The position numbers and the translations under genes are program-made. The notes beneath the pieces are model-generated. The model ran no database searches, was not told where the DNA came from, and saw only the letters and a program-made list of their open reading frames with translations. DNA of 63,057 nucleotides, counting the filler, from Octopus bimaculoides (taxonomy: Eukaryota): assembly GCF_001194135.2 (NCBI RefSeq). It is 5 parts of 5 records of this genome, joined end to end, with 100 filler letters (N's around TTAATTAATTAA, not from the genome) between each part and the next. Parts side by side here need not be neighbours in the genome. Positions count along the whole stretch, not along the records: positions 47,959 to 63,057 come from NC_068986.1; 4 more parts are not named here. One strand, 5' to 3'. Each line of letters opens with the position of its first letter. The stretch's first letter is position 1. Below are positions 63,019 through 63,057 of this stretch, one piece after another.

Positions 63019-63057
<39 letters not shown>

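Overview
AT-rich, repeat-dense non-coding eukaryotic DNA. The SINE families and microsatellite load strongly suggest an octopod cephalopod such as Octopus (inferred from recall, not a database search). No intact host gene, rRNA, true tRNA gene or CRISPR array is supportable. Almost all ORFs in the track are microsatellite or N-gap artefacts. The window is five blocks joined by identical artificial 100-nt spacers (44N-TTAATTAATTAA-44N). Supported content: (i) many tRNA-derived SINEs of several families, labelled A-E here for convenience, that swap heads and tails; (ii) fragments of R2-superfamily RLE LINEs (R4/Dong-like), including an uninterrupted RT stretch; (iii) three decayed Tc1/mariner-type transposases; (iv) several MITE or foldback elements; (v) two copies of a repeat carrying a minimal type I hammerhead ribozyme of the Penelope-like kind. 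Best leads: the hammerhead repeat, a modular SINE system with a shared hairpin at the tail-swap junction and a candidate partner LINE 3' end in the window, and a CpG-decay signature confined to one block (probable methylated gene body). Boundaries were read by eye and are approximate to about 10 nt unless stated.
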